DNA from: Acidimicrobiales bacterium
GTDB lineage: Bacteria; Actinomycetota; Acidimicrobiia; Acidimicrobiales; UBA8592
Length of the DNA stretch: 64,000 bases
Assembly: GCA_030740795.1 (NCBI GenBank)
Contig: JASLWO010000028.1
Location: 8,223 to 72,222 of the forward strand
Direction: 5' to 3'
In this document: one piece after another, positions 29,345 through 40,718 of the stretch
How positions within the stretch are numbered: the stretch's first letter is position 1
Layout of the letters: each line of letters opens with the position of its first letter
Position numbers and translations under genes: made by a program
Notes under the pieces: model-generated
Database searches by the model: none
What the model saw: only the letters and a program-made list of their open reading frames with translations
Told to the model about the DNA's origin: nothing

Positions 29345-30835
29345 ATGCTGACTAGATTTAACAGTGAATCAATTAAGACGAGTTGTTTTGCTGTAGGTAT
29401 TTCGTTTGGACTTATTGGTTTCATTACGTTAATTTCTGCAGTCGGGAATTTCCCTGACTCTTCAAATTCCCGTACTCAATTGAGCCTTATATTGAGCGGG
29501 CTTCTCACCTCTTTAATTAGCGCAGGCCTGCTTAAATTGGCTGGAAAACAAGAAATTACGAGAGCGTCAAAAATTTTCTCTCTGGCTGTGACTAGCATTT
29601 TGAGCTTCATAGCATTGAGTTCAATCGTGTACTTACTGACAGGATTCGTTGAAACGTTAGATGCTGCTATTTGGGAATCGGCAGCAGGGATAACAACTAC
29701 TGCAATTTCTAATATCGAGATTGAAAAGTTGCCATCTTCAATGCATATTTATCGCTCAGTAAGTCAGTGGGTAGGTGGGTTAGGTGTTCTCTGCCTAGTT
29801 TTCGTAGCAATGCCGTTGACTGTGCGTAAAGAGGATGGAAGAGATTTAACTTCGGAAGGATATGCTTCCCAGATATTTAGTAGGGATCCTAAAAAAAAGG
29901 TCAAAGAATTCTCTATTGTGTACATGGGCTTAACAGTAATTATCTTTGTTGCGTACATTTCGGCAGGTATGGGCACATTTGATTCAATATGTCATTCACT
30001 CACTACAGCATCTACAGGGGGATTCAGTACTAAATCGGCGTCAATTGGCTCTTACGGTTCAGGGTCGATCGAATGGGTAGCAACTTTCGGCATGATTTTT
30101 GGGGGTCTGAATCTTGGACTTTTCTGGTGGGCCTGGAAGAAAAAATTCAGCAAAATTAAAGAGAATACCGAGTTGCGCGCATATTTCTTCATTCTCTTAA
30201 TTTCAATACTCGCGTTTGGGTTGATGTTGGATAGAGATTTCTTTGATCTTGAAACGATAAGGACTGCAGCATTTATAACTGCGTCACTTTTAAGCACGAC
30301 AGGGTTTACAACTGTTAGTTGGGAATTCTCTTCAGCGATGACCACCATTGCTCTTCTTGTTATGGCTACAGGAGCAATGACTGGTTCTACCGGAGGGGGA
30401 TATCGAGTTCATCGCGTCATCATGTTGTTCTGGTACTTGAGACGAGAATCAACGATAATGCATAAACCAAGTGCGATAAGAGTGATGAAGCTCAGTGGGA
30501 ACAAAGTCCTTGATAGATCTTTGGAGAAGTTGCATGGTTACACGGCGATCTTCATTCTACTCGTCGCTGTTGGAGCCTTTTTACTTTCCTTATCGTCGCA
30601 GCATTTAACCCTTCAAGAATCAATTAGTTTCTCCCTATCAGCGATGGTTACAAACGGGCCAGGCCTACTTGAATCTACTGGAGTGGGTATTGACCATAAT
30701 GTAGTTTCGCACTTGACTCTTTCTGCTCTTATGGTCCTTGGACGATTATCAATTTTACCAGTAGCTTATGTGGTTCTTTTCGCTTCCACAGCCCTTAAAG
30801 GTGTATTCCTAAGAACAACAGAAGAGGTCGAGTAA
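29345..30835 (+). CDS. TrkH-family potassium transporter (divergent copy)
   Basis: Multi-TM; QWVGGLG, STGGFS, STTGF, GSTGGG, GRL motifs. Confidence 0.85.
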   Translation: MLTRFNSESIKTSCFAVGISFGLIGFITLISAVGNFPDSSNSRTQLSLILSGLLTSLISAGLLKLAGKQEITRASKIFSLAVTSILSFIALSSIVYLLTGFVETLDAAIWESAAGITTTAISNIEIEKLPSSMHIYRSVSQWVGGLGVLCLVFVAMPLTVRKEDGRDLTSEGYASQIFSRDPKKKVKEFSIVYMGLTVIIFVAYISAGMGTFDSICHSLTTASTGGFSTKSASIGSYGSGSIEWVATFGMIFGGLNLGLFWWAWKKKFSKIKENTELRAYFFILLISILAFGLMLDRDFFDLETIRTAAFITASLLSTTGFTTVSWEFSSAMTTIALLVMATGAMTGSTGGGYRVHRVIMLFWYLRRESTIMHKPSAIRVMKLSGNKVLDRSLEKLHGYTAIFILLVAVGAFLLSLSSQHLTLQESISFSLSAMVTNGPGLLESTGVGIDHNVVSHLTLSALMVLGRLSILPVAYVVLFASTALKGVFLRTTEEVE

Positions 30836-32394
30836 TGCGATTATCTAGGGCGATCTTTACTGAAGGAGTGTATGAATCAGCCACATTGAATGTTATCGGC
30901 GTCGCATTGCTTTTCCTAAGCCCCGGACTTCTGGTTTGTACGCTAGTTGAATGGGGATCGGGATCATCGCATCAAGAGATGGCGCTTTTGGGGACCACGT
31001 GTTTAACACTTGTTATCGGGATGTCACTAAGAACTATCACTTCAATAGCTGACGACTCTATGGAAAAGCCGAAAGCCGTTTTTTCTGTTGTTGCGTGGAG
31101 TTGGGTTTCATGTGCCCTAGTTGGCGTCATGCCTTACTTGTTAGGAGATGTTTTCGCATGGTCCCATTTCGGGAACGCCTTATTTGAATCGATTTCTGGG
31201 TTTTCTTGTACTGGTTCAACCGTGCTAGAAGACATTGAGTCAAATGGGCGGGGAATTCTCCTTTGGCGTCAAATGACGCAATGGTATGGCGGGATGGGAA
31301 TGATTGTTTTGGGGGTAACGGTTCTCCCGAATCTGGGCGTCGGTGGTTTGAAATTAATGGCTGCAGAAGCGCCAGGTCATAAATCCGACAAACTTAAAGC
31401 TAAGTCAATAGATACAGCAAAGTCACTTTGGGTAATTTATTTCGGTATAACAGCAGTGATAACGTTCGCTCTGTGGATATTGCCCAATATTAGTTTTTAC
31501 GATGCAATAGCACACGGGTTTTCAACAGTAGCAACTGGCGGATTTTCTACATATAACGCTTCAATTGGCCACTTCAACTCCTATCTGGCTGAGTTAGTCA
31601 TCGTTGTCGGCATGTTTATTTGTGCTATGAATTTCAACCTTCAATTTATTTTTCTAAGAGGTCAAGGTGAGAATAAGGCAAATAGAGGGAAAATTAAGGT
31701 TTTTACAGATTCATCGGAATGGAAGTTATACGTCAAGATAACGTTACTCACTGTTTTTGGTGTTTTTCTTCTCAATTGGCTACTTGACTCGGCGCCAGTC
31801 GGAATTGCTTTTCGCGATTCGTTATTTAATGTTGTTGCACTTGCAAGCAGTACCGGATTTGGGAATGTGCGACCGAATGGTATAGGCGACTTTGTACTTT
31901 GGGGAACAGCAACTCAACTCGTTTTACTGTTTCTTATGGCGGTAGGCGGGACAGTTGGTTCTACATCAGGTGGAATGAAGGTGCTCCGCATGCAAATCGG
32001 ACTTAAAGCTTTGCGTAGAGAGTTGAAAAAACTCCAACACGGAAAACTCGTTTTCCCGATTAAATTGGGCAAGACACCAGTTGAAGACAGTATCGTTGCA
32101 TCCGCTTTGGGCTTTATATCGTTATTTATATCGTTCGTGATTGGAGGGACGTTAGTAGCAACAGTATGCGGCGGTGATGACTTCGTATCTTCTTTGAGTG
32201 GAGCCATCTCAGCAATGAGCAATATGGGTCCTGCTCTTGGAGATGCGGGTCCTACATCTAATTTCTTAGAGTTCTCGCGGATAGGTCGAGCTGCGCTTGC
32301 CGTCTTGATGGTTGTAGGGCGACTTGAGATATACGCGGTGATCCTTATGTTTATCGCACCGGCAGATCGTTTAAAGATTAGAAAACAAACCTGA
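30835..32394 (+). CDS. trkH: TrkH-family potassium transporter
   Basis: FESISGFSCTG, QWYGGMG, ATGGFS, GSTSGGMK, NMGP, GRLE. Confidence 0.92.
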   Translation: MRLSRAIFTEGVYESATLNVIGVALLFLSPGLLVCTLVEWGSGSSHQEMALLGTTCLTLVIGMSLRTITSIADDSMEKPKAVFSVVAWSWVSCALVGVMPYLLGDVFAWSHFGNALFESISGFSCTGSTVLEDIESNGRGILLWRQMTQWYGGMGMIVLGVTVLPNLGVGGLKLMAAEAPGHKSDKLKAKSIDTAKSLWVIYFGITAVITFALWILPNISFYDAIAHGFSTVATGGFSTYNASIGHFNSYLAELVIVVGMFICAMNFNLQFIFLRGQGENKANRGKIKVFTDSSEWKLYVKITLLTVFGVFLLNWLLDSAPVGIAFRDSLFNVVALASSTGFGNVRPNGIGDFVLWGTATQLVLLFLMAVGGTVGSTSGGMKVLRMQIGLKALRRELKKLQHGKLVFPIKLGKTPVEDSIVASALGFISLFISFVIGGTLVATVCGGDDFVSSLSGAISAMSNMGPALGDAGPTSNFLEFSRIGRAALAVLMVVGRLEIYAVILMFIAPADRLKIRKQT

Positions 32395-33672
32395 CTTAAG
32401 GTACAACTTCATAAATAAGGTGAGCAACTCCGCATCTTCTACGCCACAAAGTTCACGGCTAGAATGCATAGATAATTGTGCGATTCCAATGTCTATAGTT
32501 TCTATGCCTAAAAGCGCAGATGTCACCGGTCCTATTGTCGATCCGCAGTTCATGTCGCTACGGTTTGAAAATAGTTGGTAGGGCAATCCATTAGAGTCGC
32601 ATAGAGTTTGGACAAAAGCTTGACCAGTGGCAGTAGTGGCGTATCTTTCATTATTGTTGCGTTTTATGACGATTCCGCCATTAAGAGATATTTGATGCTC
32701 AATGTCGTGTTTTTCAGGATAATTCGGGTGCGTTGCATGAGCTCCATCAGCCGATAAAAGCGTGGATTTCGATAGGGCCCGGTATTTATCTGAGGTCTTG
32801 TGCTGACTGGTTAGACGCTCAACCACAGAAGGGAGAAAATTGCTTGCTGCTCCTGTTGCAGAGGTACTTCCTACTTCTTCGTGGTTAAATAGACAAACCA
32901 TAGGAATTCTGTTCTGGACCTTTTGCTCAGTTAAATCCTTAATTGCTGTTATGGCAGAATGGCAAGAAACGAGATTATCTATTCTTCCGGAAGAGAGCCA
33001 CTGATTCTCAGCGCCGATTCTTGTTGCTGATTGGACATCATGGAGCATTAAATCCCATGATTTGAGGCTTGTTGCTGGCTCAGAAATTTGAGACGCTAAA
33101 AAGTCTTTGAAAGTTTCCATAACCGATCCGAGATCATTCCAAATGGGACGAAGGTGATTTTGCGGATTAAGGATCAGTCCTTCGTCATTAACTGTCCGGT
33201 CAAGGTGAATTGCGAGTTGCGGTATGCGACAAATAGGGTCATTTATTTGTACAAGAGTTTCAATAAGGCTGTCATTCTTAGAGATGATCAACCTTCCTGA
33301 AATTCCAAGGTCTCGATCTAACCAAGTGTTTAACAAAGGGCTTCCATATGTTTCTAAGCCGAATTGTTTTAAGCCGAACTTTTCACCCGTCAGAACAGGT
33401 TTTAGTCTGAGGTTAGGGCTATCAGTGTGGGCTGCCACAATGGCAAACCCATTGCCCAGAGATGTGGCATCAGATACTATCCAACTGATCATGCTCCCAT
33501 CTCTTATGACATAGAAAGCTCCTGCAGATAAATCCCAATCATGATCTTCATAGATTCGATTGAATCCTGCTGTGTCTAGTATTTCGCTTGCTTCCTTAAC
33601 AGCATGATATGGCGATGTAGAATTATCCATGAATTCCATAAGTTGAAGCGTATGGGACTGAGGATTTTCCAT
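32371..33672 (-). CDS. M18-family (aspartyl) aminopeptidase
   Basis: SPYHAV, AHTDSP, RIDNL, HEEVGS, HATHPNY, CGSTIGP, MHS.RE. Confidence 0.92.
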   Translation of the reverse strand: MENPQSHTLQLMEFMDNSTSPYHAVKEASEILDTAGFNRIYEDHDWDLSAGAFYVIRDGSMISWIVSDATSLGNGFAIVAAHTDSPNLRLKPVLTGEKFGLKQFGLETYGSPLLNTWLDRDLGISGRLIISKNDSLIETLVQINDPICRIPQLAIHLDRTVNDEGLILNPQNHLRPIWNDLGSVMETFKDFLASQISEPATSLKSWDLMLHDVQSATRIGAENQWLSSGRIDNLVSCHSAITAIKDLTEQKVQNRIPMVCLFNHEEVGSTSATGAASNFLPSVVERLTSQHKTSDKYRALSKSTLLSADGAHATHPNYPEKHDIEHQISLNGGIVIKRNNNERYATTATGQAFVQTLCDSNGLPYQLFSNRSDMNCGSTIGPVTSALLGIETIDIGIAQLSMHSSRELCGVEDAELLTLFMKLYLKSGLFSNL

Positions 33673-33704
33673 TCTTCTATCATGCCCGTACGTTGCATTT
33701 AGTG

Positions 33705-33753
33705 CTAGTTGAAGACGGTCAACTAGTTAAAATCTTACTAGTGTTGGTAAACT
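33705..33753 (+). promoter_or_regulatory. Inverted-repeat operator candidate plus extended -10 upstream of gltB
   Basis: CTAGTTGA-agacgg-TCAACTAG (33705-33726); TGgTAAACT at 33745-33753. Confidence 0.5.
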
Positions 33754-33814
33754 TCAACACGGCTGGGTCAACGTCGCCTCACGCTGTCCTACCGCACAGC
33801 AATCAAGGAAACGC

Positions 33815-36800
33815 ATGAGTCAGTTCCACTTTCAAGACTTACCTTCTGAACAGGGGTTATATCACCCTGCTTTAGAACACGATTCGTGTGGGGTAAATTT
33901 TTTGGCTGATTTGCGGGGTAGACAGAGTCACGACATAGTTTCAAAGGCGATAGCGGCTCTTTGCCAATTGCAACATAGAGGGGCATTAGGAGCGGAGAAA
34001 AACACAGGTGACGGCGCTGGGATACTGATTCAGATTCCAGATAAATTCCTTCGAGATTCAGTTAATTTTGAGCTTCCACTAGTTGGTAGCTATGCAACTG
34101 GAATAGCGTTCATGCCTCAAGATGAAACAAATTTCAAAACTGCAAAAGATCAAATTGCAGAAAAAGCGGCTGCTTTAGGGATGCTCGTACTTGGGTGGAG
34201 GAATGTCCCCATTGACAGTTCATCTCTTGGTAAAGGAGCGCTTGGGACAATGCCAAAGTTTGTTCAAATTTTCTTGAGCGCAACAGGTGAAACGGGGGAG
34301 TTGCTTTCTGGTATTGCCTTAGACCGTAAAGCCTACATTCTTAGGAAAAGGTGTGAAAACGAAATACAATTTGACCAGATAGATGTCGCTACACAAGGAA
34401 TGGGCGGCATGTCAAGAAAACATCGAGGCGTTTATTTCCCCAGTTTGTCATGCCGTACATTCGTCTACAAAGGAATGTTGACGACTCCTCAGTTGAGTGA
34501 GTTCTACCTTGATTTAGCGGATGAAAGGGTCGAAAGTGCTCTGGCCCTAGTCCACTCAAGGTTCTCTACCAATACTTTCCCATCGTGGCCACTAGCACAC
34601 CCTTACCGGTATGTCGCACACAATGGTGAAATCAATACCGTCCAAGGTAACAGAAATTGGATGAGAGCAAGAGAAGCACTTATGCAATCAGATCATTTCG
34701 GAGATCAACTTGAGAATATTTTCCCTATCTGTACACCTGGTGCATCAGATACAGCGGCTTTTGATGAATGTCTTGAACTGCTGGTTCTCGCTGGTTATTC
34801 CCTTCCAGAAGCGGTTCTAATGATGATTCCTGAACCTTGGGAGAATCATCAGACCATGGGAGAAGAGCTCAAGAACTTCTACAAGTACCACTCGGCCCGA
34901 ATGGAACCATGGGATGGGCCAGCCTCTATAATTTTCACCGACGGGTCAGTTGTTGGTGCAGTTCTTGATCGAAATGGTCTCCGACCATCACGTTACTGGG
35001 TTACAGATGATGATTTGGTAATTATGGCTTCAGAGGTGGGAGTCGTAGATATAGATAGCAATAAAATTGTCGAAAAGGGTAGATTGCAACCAGGCAAAAT
35101 GTTTTTTATTGATACTGTCGCTGGAAGAATTGTCCGAGATGAAGAGATAAAAAATGATTTAGCATCGTCAAGGCCGTACTCCAAATGGATAGGAGAGAAC
35201 GAACTTGAATTGGAAAAACTTGCAGATCGCCAAGTGCCTCGACTAGAAGATAGCAGTTTGTTAACAAGACAAAAGTTATTCGGCTACACGAAAGAAGAAA
35301 TAAAACTGTTATTAGCTCCCATGTACCGAGTCGGTAAAGAGGCTATCGGTTCAATGGGTACAGATACGCCAATAGCTGTACTCTCTAATAGGCCACGCCT
35401 TGTCTACGACTATTTTCAACAACTATTTGCTCAAGTAACGAACCCACCTTTAGATGCTATGCGCGAAGAAATAGTAACTTCTACATGTGGATGGCTAGGA
35501 CCTGAGCAGAACTTATTGGAAACGAAAGCTGAAGCTTGCCGACGTATTTACATAGAACACCCTGTCATATTGAACCGAGAGCTTCTTCGGATACTTGACA
35601 TTGACGGCGAAATAAGTGGGCAAGTAGGTGAAGAGCATTTCAGGTCTCAGGTCATTCCATGCGTCTATCCAGTGGATGAAGGAGGTAGCGGTCTTAGAGC
35701 CGCTATTCAAAATATTCGGGCTCTCGCAACGAGAGCTATTAAGGATGGGCGGAACTTGATTGTGCTTTCTGATAGAGGAACAAGCGCTAGTCATGCACCG
35801 ATCCCTGCGCTTCTAGCAACAGCAGCAGTACACCACCATTTAGTAAGAGAAAAGACCAGATCGCAAGTGAGTTTGATCATAGAAACCGGAGAAATGCGAG
35901 AAGTTCACCACCTTTGTTTGTTGCTTGGTTACGGAGCTAACGCTGTCAATCCATATCTGGCATTTGAAACAATAACGGATCTTGTAGTGCGACAAGAACT
36001 AGAAGAAGACCAGAAGTTAACAGTTGAGGAAGCGCACGCGAATTATGTGAATGCATGCGACAAAGGCGTATTAAAGGTTATGTCAAAGATGGGTATCTCC
36101 ACAGTTCGGAGTTACATTGGGTCTCAAATATTTGAATCTATAGGCCTAGGTCAACCATTAATAATTGATGCGTTTCCCGGAACCATGAGTCGGCTGGGTG
36201 GAATCGGATATTCTCAACTAGCAGAAGAGACGAGGTTAAGACACCAAATAGCATTCCCGAAAATTTCCACTCATAGGGCTCACCGTGAACTTATAGCTGG
36301 CGGGGAGTATCAATGGCGAAGGGAAGGAGAATTCCATCTTTTTAACCCAGAAACAGTTTTTAAACTTCAACATGCAACACGCGAAAAACGGTACGACCTT
36401 TTCACGGAATATACCAATAGCGTAAATTCTCAAAGTAGGGAACTTGCAACGCTGCGCGGGCTATTTAAGTTCAGATTTGATTTACGAGACCCAATTCCTG
36501 TAGAAGAGGTTGAACCAATCTCAGAAATAATGAAAACTTTCTCAACCGGAGCAATGTCCTATGGTTCCATCTCTGAAGAAGCTCATGAAACGCTGGCAAT
36601 TGCGATGAATAGGATAGGAGCTAAATCTAATACAGGTGAAGGGGGAGAGAACCCGAATCGATTTTTGCCTGACAGCAATGGCGACCTAAGACGCTCTGCC
36701 ATAAAACAAACAGCATCTGGCAGGTTTGGGGTCACAAGCGAATATTTAGTTAACGCAGATGATATCCAAATCAAAATGGCTCAAGGAGCTAAGCCAGGTG

Positions 36801-38458
36801 AAGGCGGTCAATTGCCTGGACGAAAAGTATGGCCTTGGATAGCTGAAGTACGCCATTCTACTCCAGGAGTTGATCTAATCTCACCTCCGCCACATCACGA
36901 CATATATTCAATTGAAGATCTAGCGCAACTCATCCACGACCTTAAGAACGCCAACCCAGAAGCAAGAATTCACGTCAAACTAGTCTCTGAGTTGGGAGTT
37001 GGAACAGTTGCGGCGGGTGTCGCAAAAGCTCACGCAGATGTTGTACTTATATCCGGGCATGATGGGGGGACTGGGGCCTCACCACTTACTTCTATTAAGC
37101 ACGCTGGCACACCCTGGGAGCTTGGATTAGCGGAGACACAACAAACTCTACTTCTAAATAATCTAAGAGATCGGATAGTGGTTCAATGTGATGGGCAGCT
37201 TAAAACCGGCAGAGATGTAGTGATTGCAGCACTATTAGGTGCAGAAGAGTTTGGTTTCGCGACTGCTCCACTGGTTGTAATGGGATGTGTGATGATGCGA
37301 GTCTGTCATCTAGATACCTGCCCGGTGGGGATTGCAACACAAAACCCAGAATTAAGAGAGAACTTTTCTGGAAAAGCTGAATTCGTCGTCAATTTCATGG
37401 AATTTATTGCCGAGGAGGTACGGGAACTACTAGCGGCCCTCGGGTTTCGATCACTCCGAGAAGCAATAGGGCAAGCGGCTTCTCTTGATGTGACTGACAG
37501 TATTGACCATTGGAAAGCAGAGGGGTTGGATCTTTCTCCCATCCTTTATCAACCTCCTTTAGCCTCTGAGGCCGTTCGCTACTGTAAGGAGAAACAAGAT
37601 CATGGCCTTGAAGAAGCATTAGACCAAACGCTTATCCAACTTGCAGAAGGCGCTTTGAGACACGGCGACAGAATTAAATTGGAATTACCGATAAGAAATG
37701 TCAATCGGTCCGTAGGCACAATGCTTGGATATCACCTTACGAAACGATGGGGAGGTGAGGGACTGCCGGACGACACAATTCAAGTTAACTTTGTTGGATC
37801 AGCAGGAAATAGTTTCGCCGCTTTTATGCCTTCTGGAATAACTCTGCGTTTAGAAGGAGACGCTAACGATTATGTTGGTAAAGGCTTGAGTGGAGGTCGC
37901 GTGGTCTTGATACCACCTAGTAACTCCATCTTTAAGGCAGAAGAAAATGTGATTGCCGGGAACGTGCTTTTGTATGGCGCTACCTCGGGTGAAATGTTCA
38001 TTCGCGGACTAGTAGGTGAAAGATTTGCCGTTAGGAACTCTGGTGCATTAGCAGTTGTTGAAGGTATCGGAGATCACGGTTGTGAGTATATGACTGGCGG
38101 CAGGATAGTCGTATTGGGAGCAACAGGCAGAAATTTCGCCGCTGGAATGTCCGGTGGGGTTGCATTTATTTACGACGAAGATGAGACTTTCTCACAAAGA
38201 GTAAATACAGAGCTAGTTGATCTCGAAGCCCTTGAAAGTGAAGACATTAGTTGGCTACGCGAGACCATAGCTAAACACCAGTTAGAGACTGACTCTTCAA
38301 TAGCGAAACAAATGCTTGATAAATGGCCTTCTATGAAGACGAAATTTGTCAAAGTAATGCCACGTCATTACAAACGTGTTCTCGATGCAATCGCTGAAGC
38401 AGAAGCTGCTGGAACAGACCCAACCGAAGCAGTTATGTCAGTAGCAAAGGGGAATTAG
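33815..38458 (+). CDS. gltB: Glutamate synthase large subunit
   Basis: EHDSCGV N-terminal nucleophile, [36 protein letters not shown]. Confidence 0.98.
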   Translation: MSQFHFQDLPSEQGLYHPALEHDSCGVNFLADLRGRQSHDIVSKAIAALCQLQHRGALGAEKNTGDGAGILIQIPDKFLRDSVNFELPLVGSYATGIAFMPQDETNFKTAKDQIAEKAAALGMLVLGWRNVPIDSSSLGKGALGTMPKFVQIFLSATGETGELLSGIALDRKAYILRKRCENEIQFDQIDVATQGMGGMSRKHRGVYFPSLSCRTFVYKGMLTTPQLSEFYLDLADERVESALALVHSRFSTNTFPSWPLAHPYRYVAHNGEINTVQGNRNWMRAREALMQSDHFGDQLENIFPICTPGASDTAAFDECLELLVLAGYSLPEAVLMMIPEPWENHQTMGEELKNFYKYHSARMEPWDGPASIIFTDGSVVGAVLDRNGLRPSRYWVTDDDLVIMASEVGVVDIDSNKIVEKGRLQPGKMFFIDTVAGRIVRDEEIKNDLASSRPYSKWIGENELELEKLADRQVPRLEDSSLLTRQKLFGYTKEEIKLLLAPMYRVGKEAIGSMGTDTPIAVLSNRPRLVYDYFQQLFAQVTNPPLDAMREEIVTSTCGWLGPEQNLLETKAEACRRIYIEHPVILNRELLRILDIDGEISGQVGEEHFRSQVIPCVYPVDEGGSGLRAAIQNIRALATRAIKDGRNLIVLSDRGTSASHAPIPALLATAAVHHHLVREKTRSQVSLIIETGEMREVHHLCLLLGYGANAVNPYLAFETITDLVVRQELEEDQKLTVEEAHANYVNACDKGVLKVMSKMGISTVRSYIGSQIFESIGLGQPLIIDAFPGTMSRLGGIGYSQLAEETRLRHQIAFPKISTHRAHRELIAGGEYQWRREGEFHLFNPETVFKLQHATREKRYDLFTEYTNSVNSQSRELATLRGLFKFRFDLRDPIPVEEVEPISEIMKTFSTGAMSYGSISEEAHETLAIAMNRIGAKSNTGEGGENPNRFLPDSNGDLRRSAIKQTASGRFGVTSEYLVNADDIQIKMAQGAKPGEGGQLPGRKVWPWIAEVRHSTPGVDLISPPPHHDIYSIEDLAQLIHDLKNANPEARIHVKLVSELGVGTVAAGVAKAHADVVLISGHDGGTGASPLTSIKHAGTPWELGLAETQQTLLLNNLRDRIVVQCDGQLKTGRDVVIAALLGAEEFGFATAPLVVMGCVMMRVCHLDTCPVGIATQNPELRENFSGKAEFVVNFMEFIAEEVRELLAALGFRSLREAIGQAASLDVTDSIDHWKAEGLDLSPILYQPPLASEAVRYCKEKQDHGLEEALDQTLIQLAEGALRHGDRIKLELPIRNVNRSVGTMLGYHLTKRWGGEGLPDDTIQVNFVGSAGNSFAAFMPSGITLRLEGDANDYVGKGLSGGRVVLIPPSNSIFKAEENVIAGNVLLYGATSGEMFIRGLVGERFAVRNSGALAVVEGIGDHGCEYMTGGRIVVLGATGRNFAAGMSGGVAFIYDEDETFSQRVNTELVDLEALESEDISWLRETIAKHQLETDSSIAKQMLDKWPSMKTKFVKVMPRHYKRVLDAIAEAEAAGTDPTEAVMSVAKGN

Positions 38459-39919
38459 ATGGCCGACCCTAAGGGATTTATGAATTCAGCTCGAGAAATG
38501 CCGCGAAGAAGACCTGTGCCAGTTCGTTTAAGGGATTGGTCAGAAGTCTATGAATCTTTCCCACCTGACCAGTTGCAAATTCAAGCTTCTAGATGCATGG
38601 ACTGTGGGATTCCTTTTTGCAACAATGGCTGTCCTCTTGGCAACCTGATTCCAGACTGGAATGATTTGGTGTACAGAAACAATTGGAAAGATGCTATAGA
38701 CGCTCTCCATGCAACGAATAATTTCCCAGAATTCACTGGGCGACTTTGCCCGGCTCCATGTGAGGCGGCATGTGTACTAGGTATTCATGAAGATCCTGTC
38801 ACAATCAAACAAGTAGAATTACAAATAGTTGAGCGCGCTTGGGATGAAGGTTGGATAAAGCCAGTGATACCTCAGGTTTCAACTGGAAAGAAAGTAGCAG
38901 TTGTCGGTTCCGGTCCAGCTGGTTTAGCTGCAGCCCAGCAATTAACGCGATCAGGGCATGCAGTAACTGTGTATGAACGAAATGCTCGTATAGGAGGACT
39001 TCTCCGTTACGGAATTCCTGAATTTAAGATGGAAAAAAGATTTATTGATCGACGACTAAATCAAATGGAAGCCGAAGGAACAGTCTTCAAGCCTGCCGTT
39101 GCAGTTGGTGAAGATATTACTTATCAGGATCTAGAAGAGAGTTATGACGCTATTGTCATCGCTATAGGGTCAACAAATTGGCGAGATCTTCCGATTCCAG
39201 GTAGAGATTTAGAAGGAATTTACCAAGCAATGGAATTTCTAGTACCAGCAAATAAAGTTCAAGAAGGCGATTTGGAGGATCATCCATTTTCTGCTCACGG
39301 TAAAAATGTAATTATCATAGGGGGCGGGGATACAGGAGCGGACTGTCTTGGGACTGCTTTGCGACATGGAGCAGCATCAGTTAAACAATTTGAAATCATG
39401 CCAAGACCTCCAGAAGCTAGAGATATTTCGACCCCTTGGCCGACATGGCCGTTAATGATGAGAACATCATCAGCTCATGAAGAAGGCGGTGACAGACTGT
39501 TTTCTATAAATACCAAAGAATTTCTAGGTGACCAAGGGCGTGTATCCGGCTTGGAGACAGTCTCTGTTAAACAAGAAATTAAAAACGGGCAGATGGAGTT
39601 TGTCGAAGTCCCTGGCACAACTGAAATTCATGACGCTGAGCTTGTATGTCTAGCGATGGGATTTATTGGACCCGAAGCGAACGCCTTGGTTAGAGAGTTG
39701 AATGTTGAAATTAACCAAAGAGGGAACATAGAGCGGGATCTGAATTGGATGTCTACTAAACAAGGGGTTTTTGTAGCAGGAGATGCGGGCAGAGGTCAAA
39801 GTCTGATTGTCTGGGCGATAGCTGAAGGTCGTTCATGCGCTGCATCGGTTGATAGTTGGTTACAAGGTGGATCTCAACTTCCAGACCCGATAACACCTGA
39901 CTTACAGCAATTGCGATAA
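38459..39919 (+). CDS. gltD: Glutamate synthase small subunit
   Basis: RCMDCGIPFC..GCP, GSGPAG, GGGDTG, GQSLIVWAI. Confidence 0.97.
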   Translation: MADPKGFMNSAREMPRRRPVPVRLRDWSEVYESFPPDQLQIQASRCMDCGIPFCNNGCPLGNLIPDWNDLVYRNNWKDAIDALHATNNFPEFTGRLCPAPCEAACVLGIHEDPVTIKQVELQIVERAWDEGWIKPVIPQVSTGKKVAVVGSGPAGLAAAQQLTRSGHAVTVYERNARIGGLLRYGIPEFKMEKRFIDRRLNQMEAEGTVFKPAVAVGEDITYQDLEESYDAIVIAIGSTNWRDLPIPGRDLEGIYQAMEFLVPANKVQEGDLEDHPFSAHGKNVIIIGGGDTGADCLGTALRHGAASVKQFEIMPRPPEARDISTPWPTWPLMMRTSSAHEEGGDRLFSINTKEFLGDQGRVSGLETVSVKQEIKNGQMEFVEVPGTTEIHDAELVCLAMGFIGPEANALVRELNVEINQRGNIERDLNWMSTKQGVFVAGDAGRGQSLIVWAIAEGRSCAASVDSWLQGGSQLPDPITPDLQQLR

Positions 39920-39923
39920 TTGG

Positions 39924-40616
39924 TCACCACTGGGGTTCAGCATCTAAGAATTTCAAAGTTTCATCAATGAATGAAAAATCTTTCGGCGTAGCAAAATGGT
40001 CAACTCCGCGTAGTTCTACGTGAAGTGCATTAGGTAGGGCGTTAAGTAATTTCGTAGGTGGGCCCGCAAAATCCTTATCTCCGAGAGCTACAAGAACGGG
40101 ACAATCTATTTTGCTGAGCATCTCAGTGTTTAACTCTAATAGCGGTGATCTAATCAGATTTTGAACGATCTCTCTATTGATATCTGTAGCATCAGCTAAT
40201 TGAGAAAAATATTGTGATTCTGGGTCGTCGAATTTAGTGTCTCCTGAAATAGCTTCTGCGATCCGCTTACCACGAACTTCATCCCTTGAGAACAAATTTT
40301 CACCGACTCCAGCTACAACTAATTTGCGGAATTTCGTTGGGTCCTGTGAAGCTATCGTAAGAAGAAAACGCGCACCGAGAGAGAAGCCGACAGCATCAAT
40401 GGGTCCATCGGGGAATTTGCTCTTAATATAAGTGAGTGATTTCTCGAACGTGGCGTCTATTGCATTATCATATGCTTTGCCGTGACCTGGGATATCAATC
40501 ACGATCAGAGATCGGTTGGCTTCAGTGACCAGATCAAGCCATCCGTTATCACCCCAGGTGCGTTGGCCCGAGGTAGCTAGCCCATGCAAGAAAACGATTG
40601 GGGGTAGCCTAGTCAT
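39924..40616 (-). CDS. Alpha/beta hydrolase
   Basis: FLHG, DIPGHG, GFSLGA, DH. Confidence 0.82.
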   Translation of the reverse strand: MTRLPPIVFLHGLATSGQRTWGDNGWLDLVTEANRSLIVIDIPGHGKAYDNAIDATFEKSLTYIKSKFPDGPIDAVGFSLGARFLLTIASQDPTKFRKLVVAGVGENLFSRDEVRGKRIAEAISGDTKFDDPESQYFSQLADATDINREIVQNLIRSPLLELNTEMLSKIDCPVLVALGDKDFAGPPTKLLNALPNALHVELRGVDHFATPKDFSFIDETLKFLDAEPQW

Positions 40617-40662
40617 TTCATTTCCTTACTGATTCGTTTAATGTCCGTATCGTCTTCAGTTT

Positions 40663-40718
40663 AAAAACACATTAGCCCCGATTGGTTTCTGCCTAAACAG
40701 GAACCCCTCGGGGCTGTG
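40663..40718 (-). terminator. Intrinsic terminator closing the ncRNA candidate
   Basis: CAC-AGCCCCGA...UCGGGGCU-AAU-GUG followed by UUUUU; inner stem GGUU.CUG/CAG.AACC. Confidence 0.7.
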
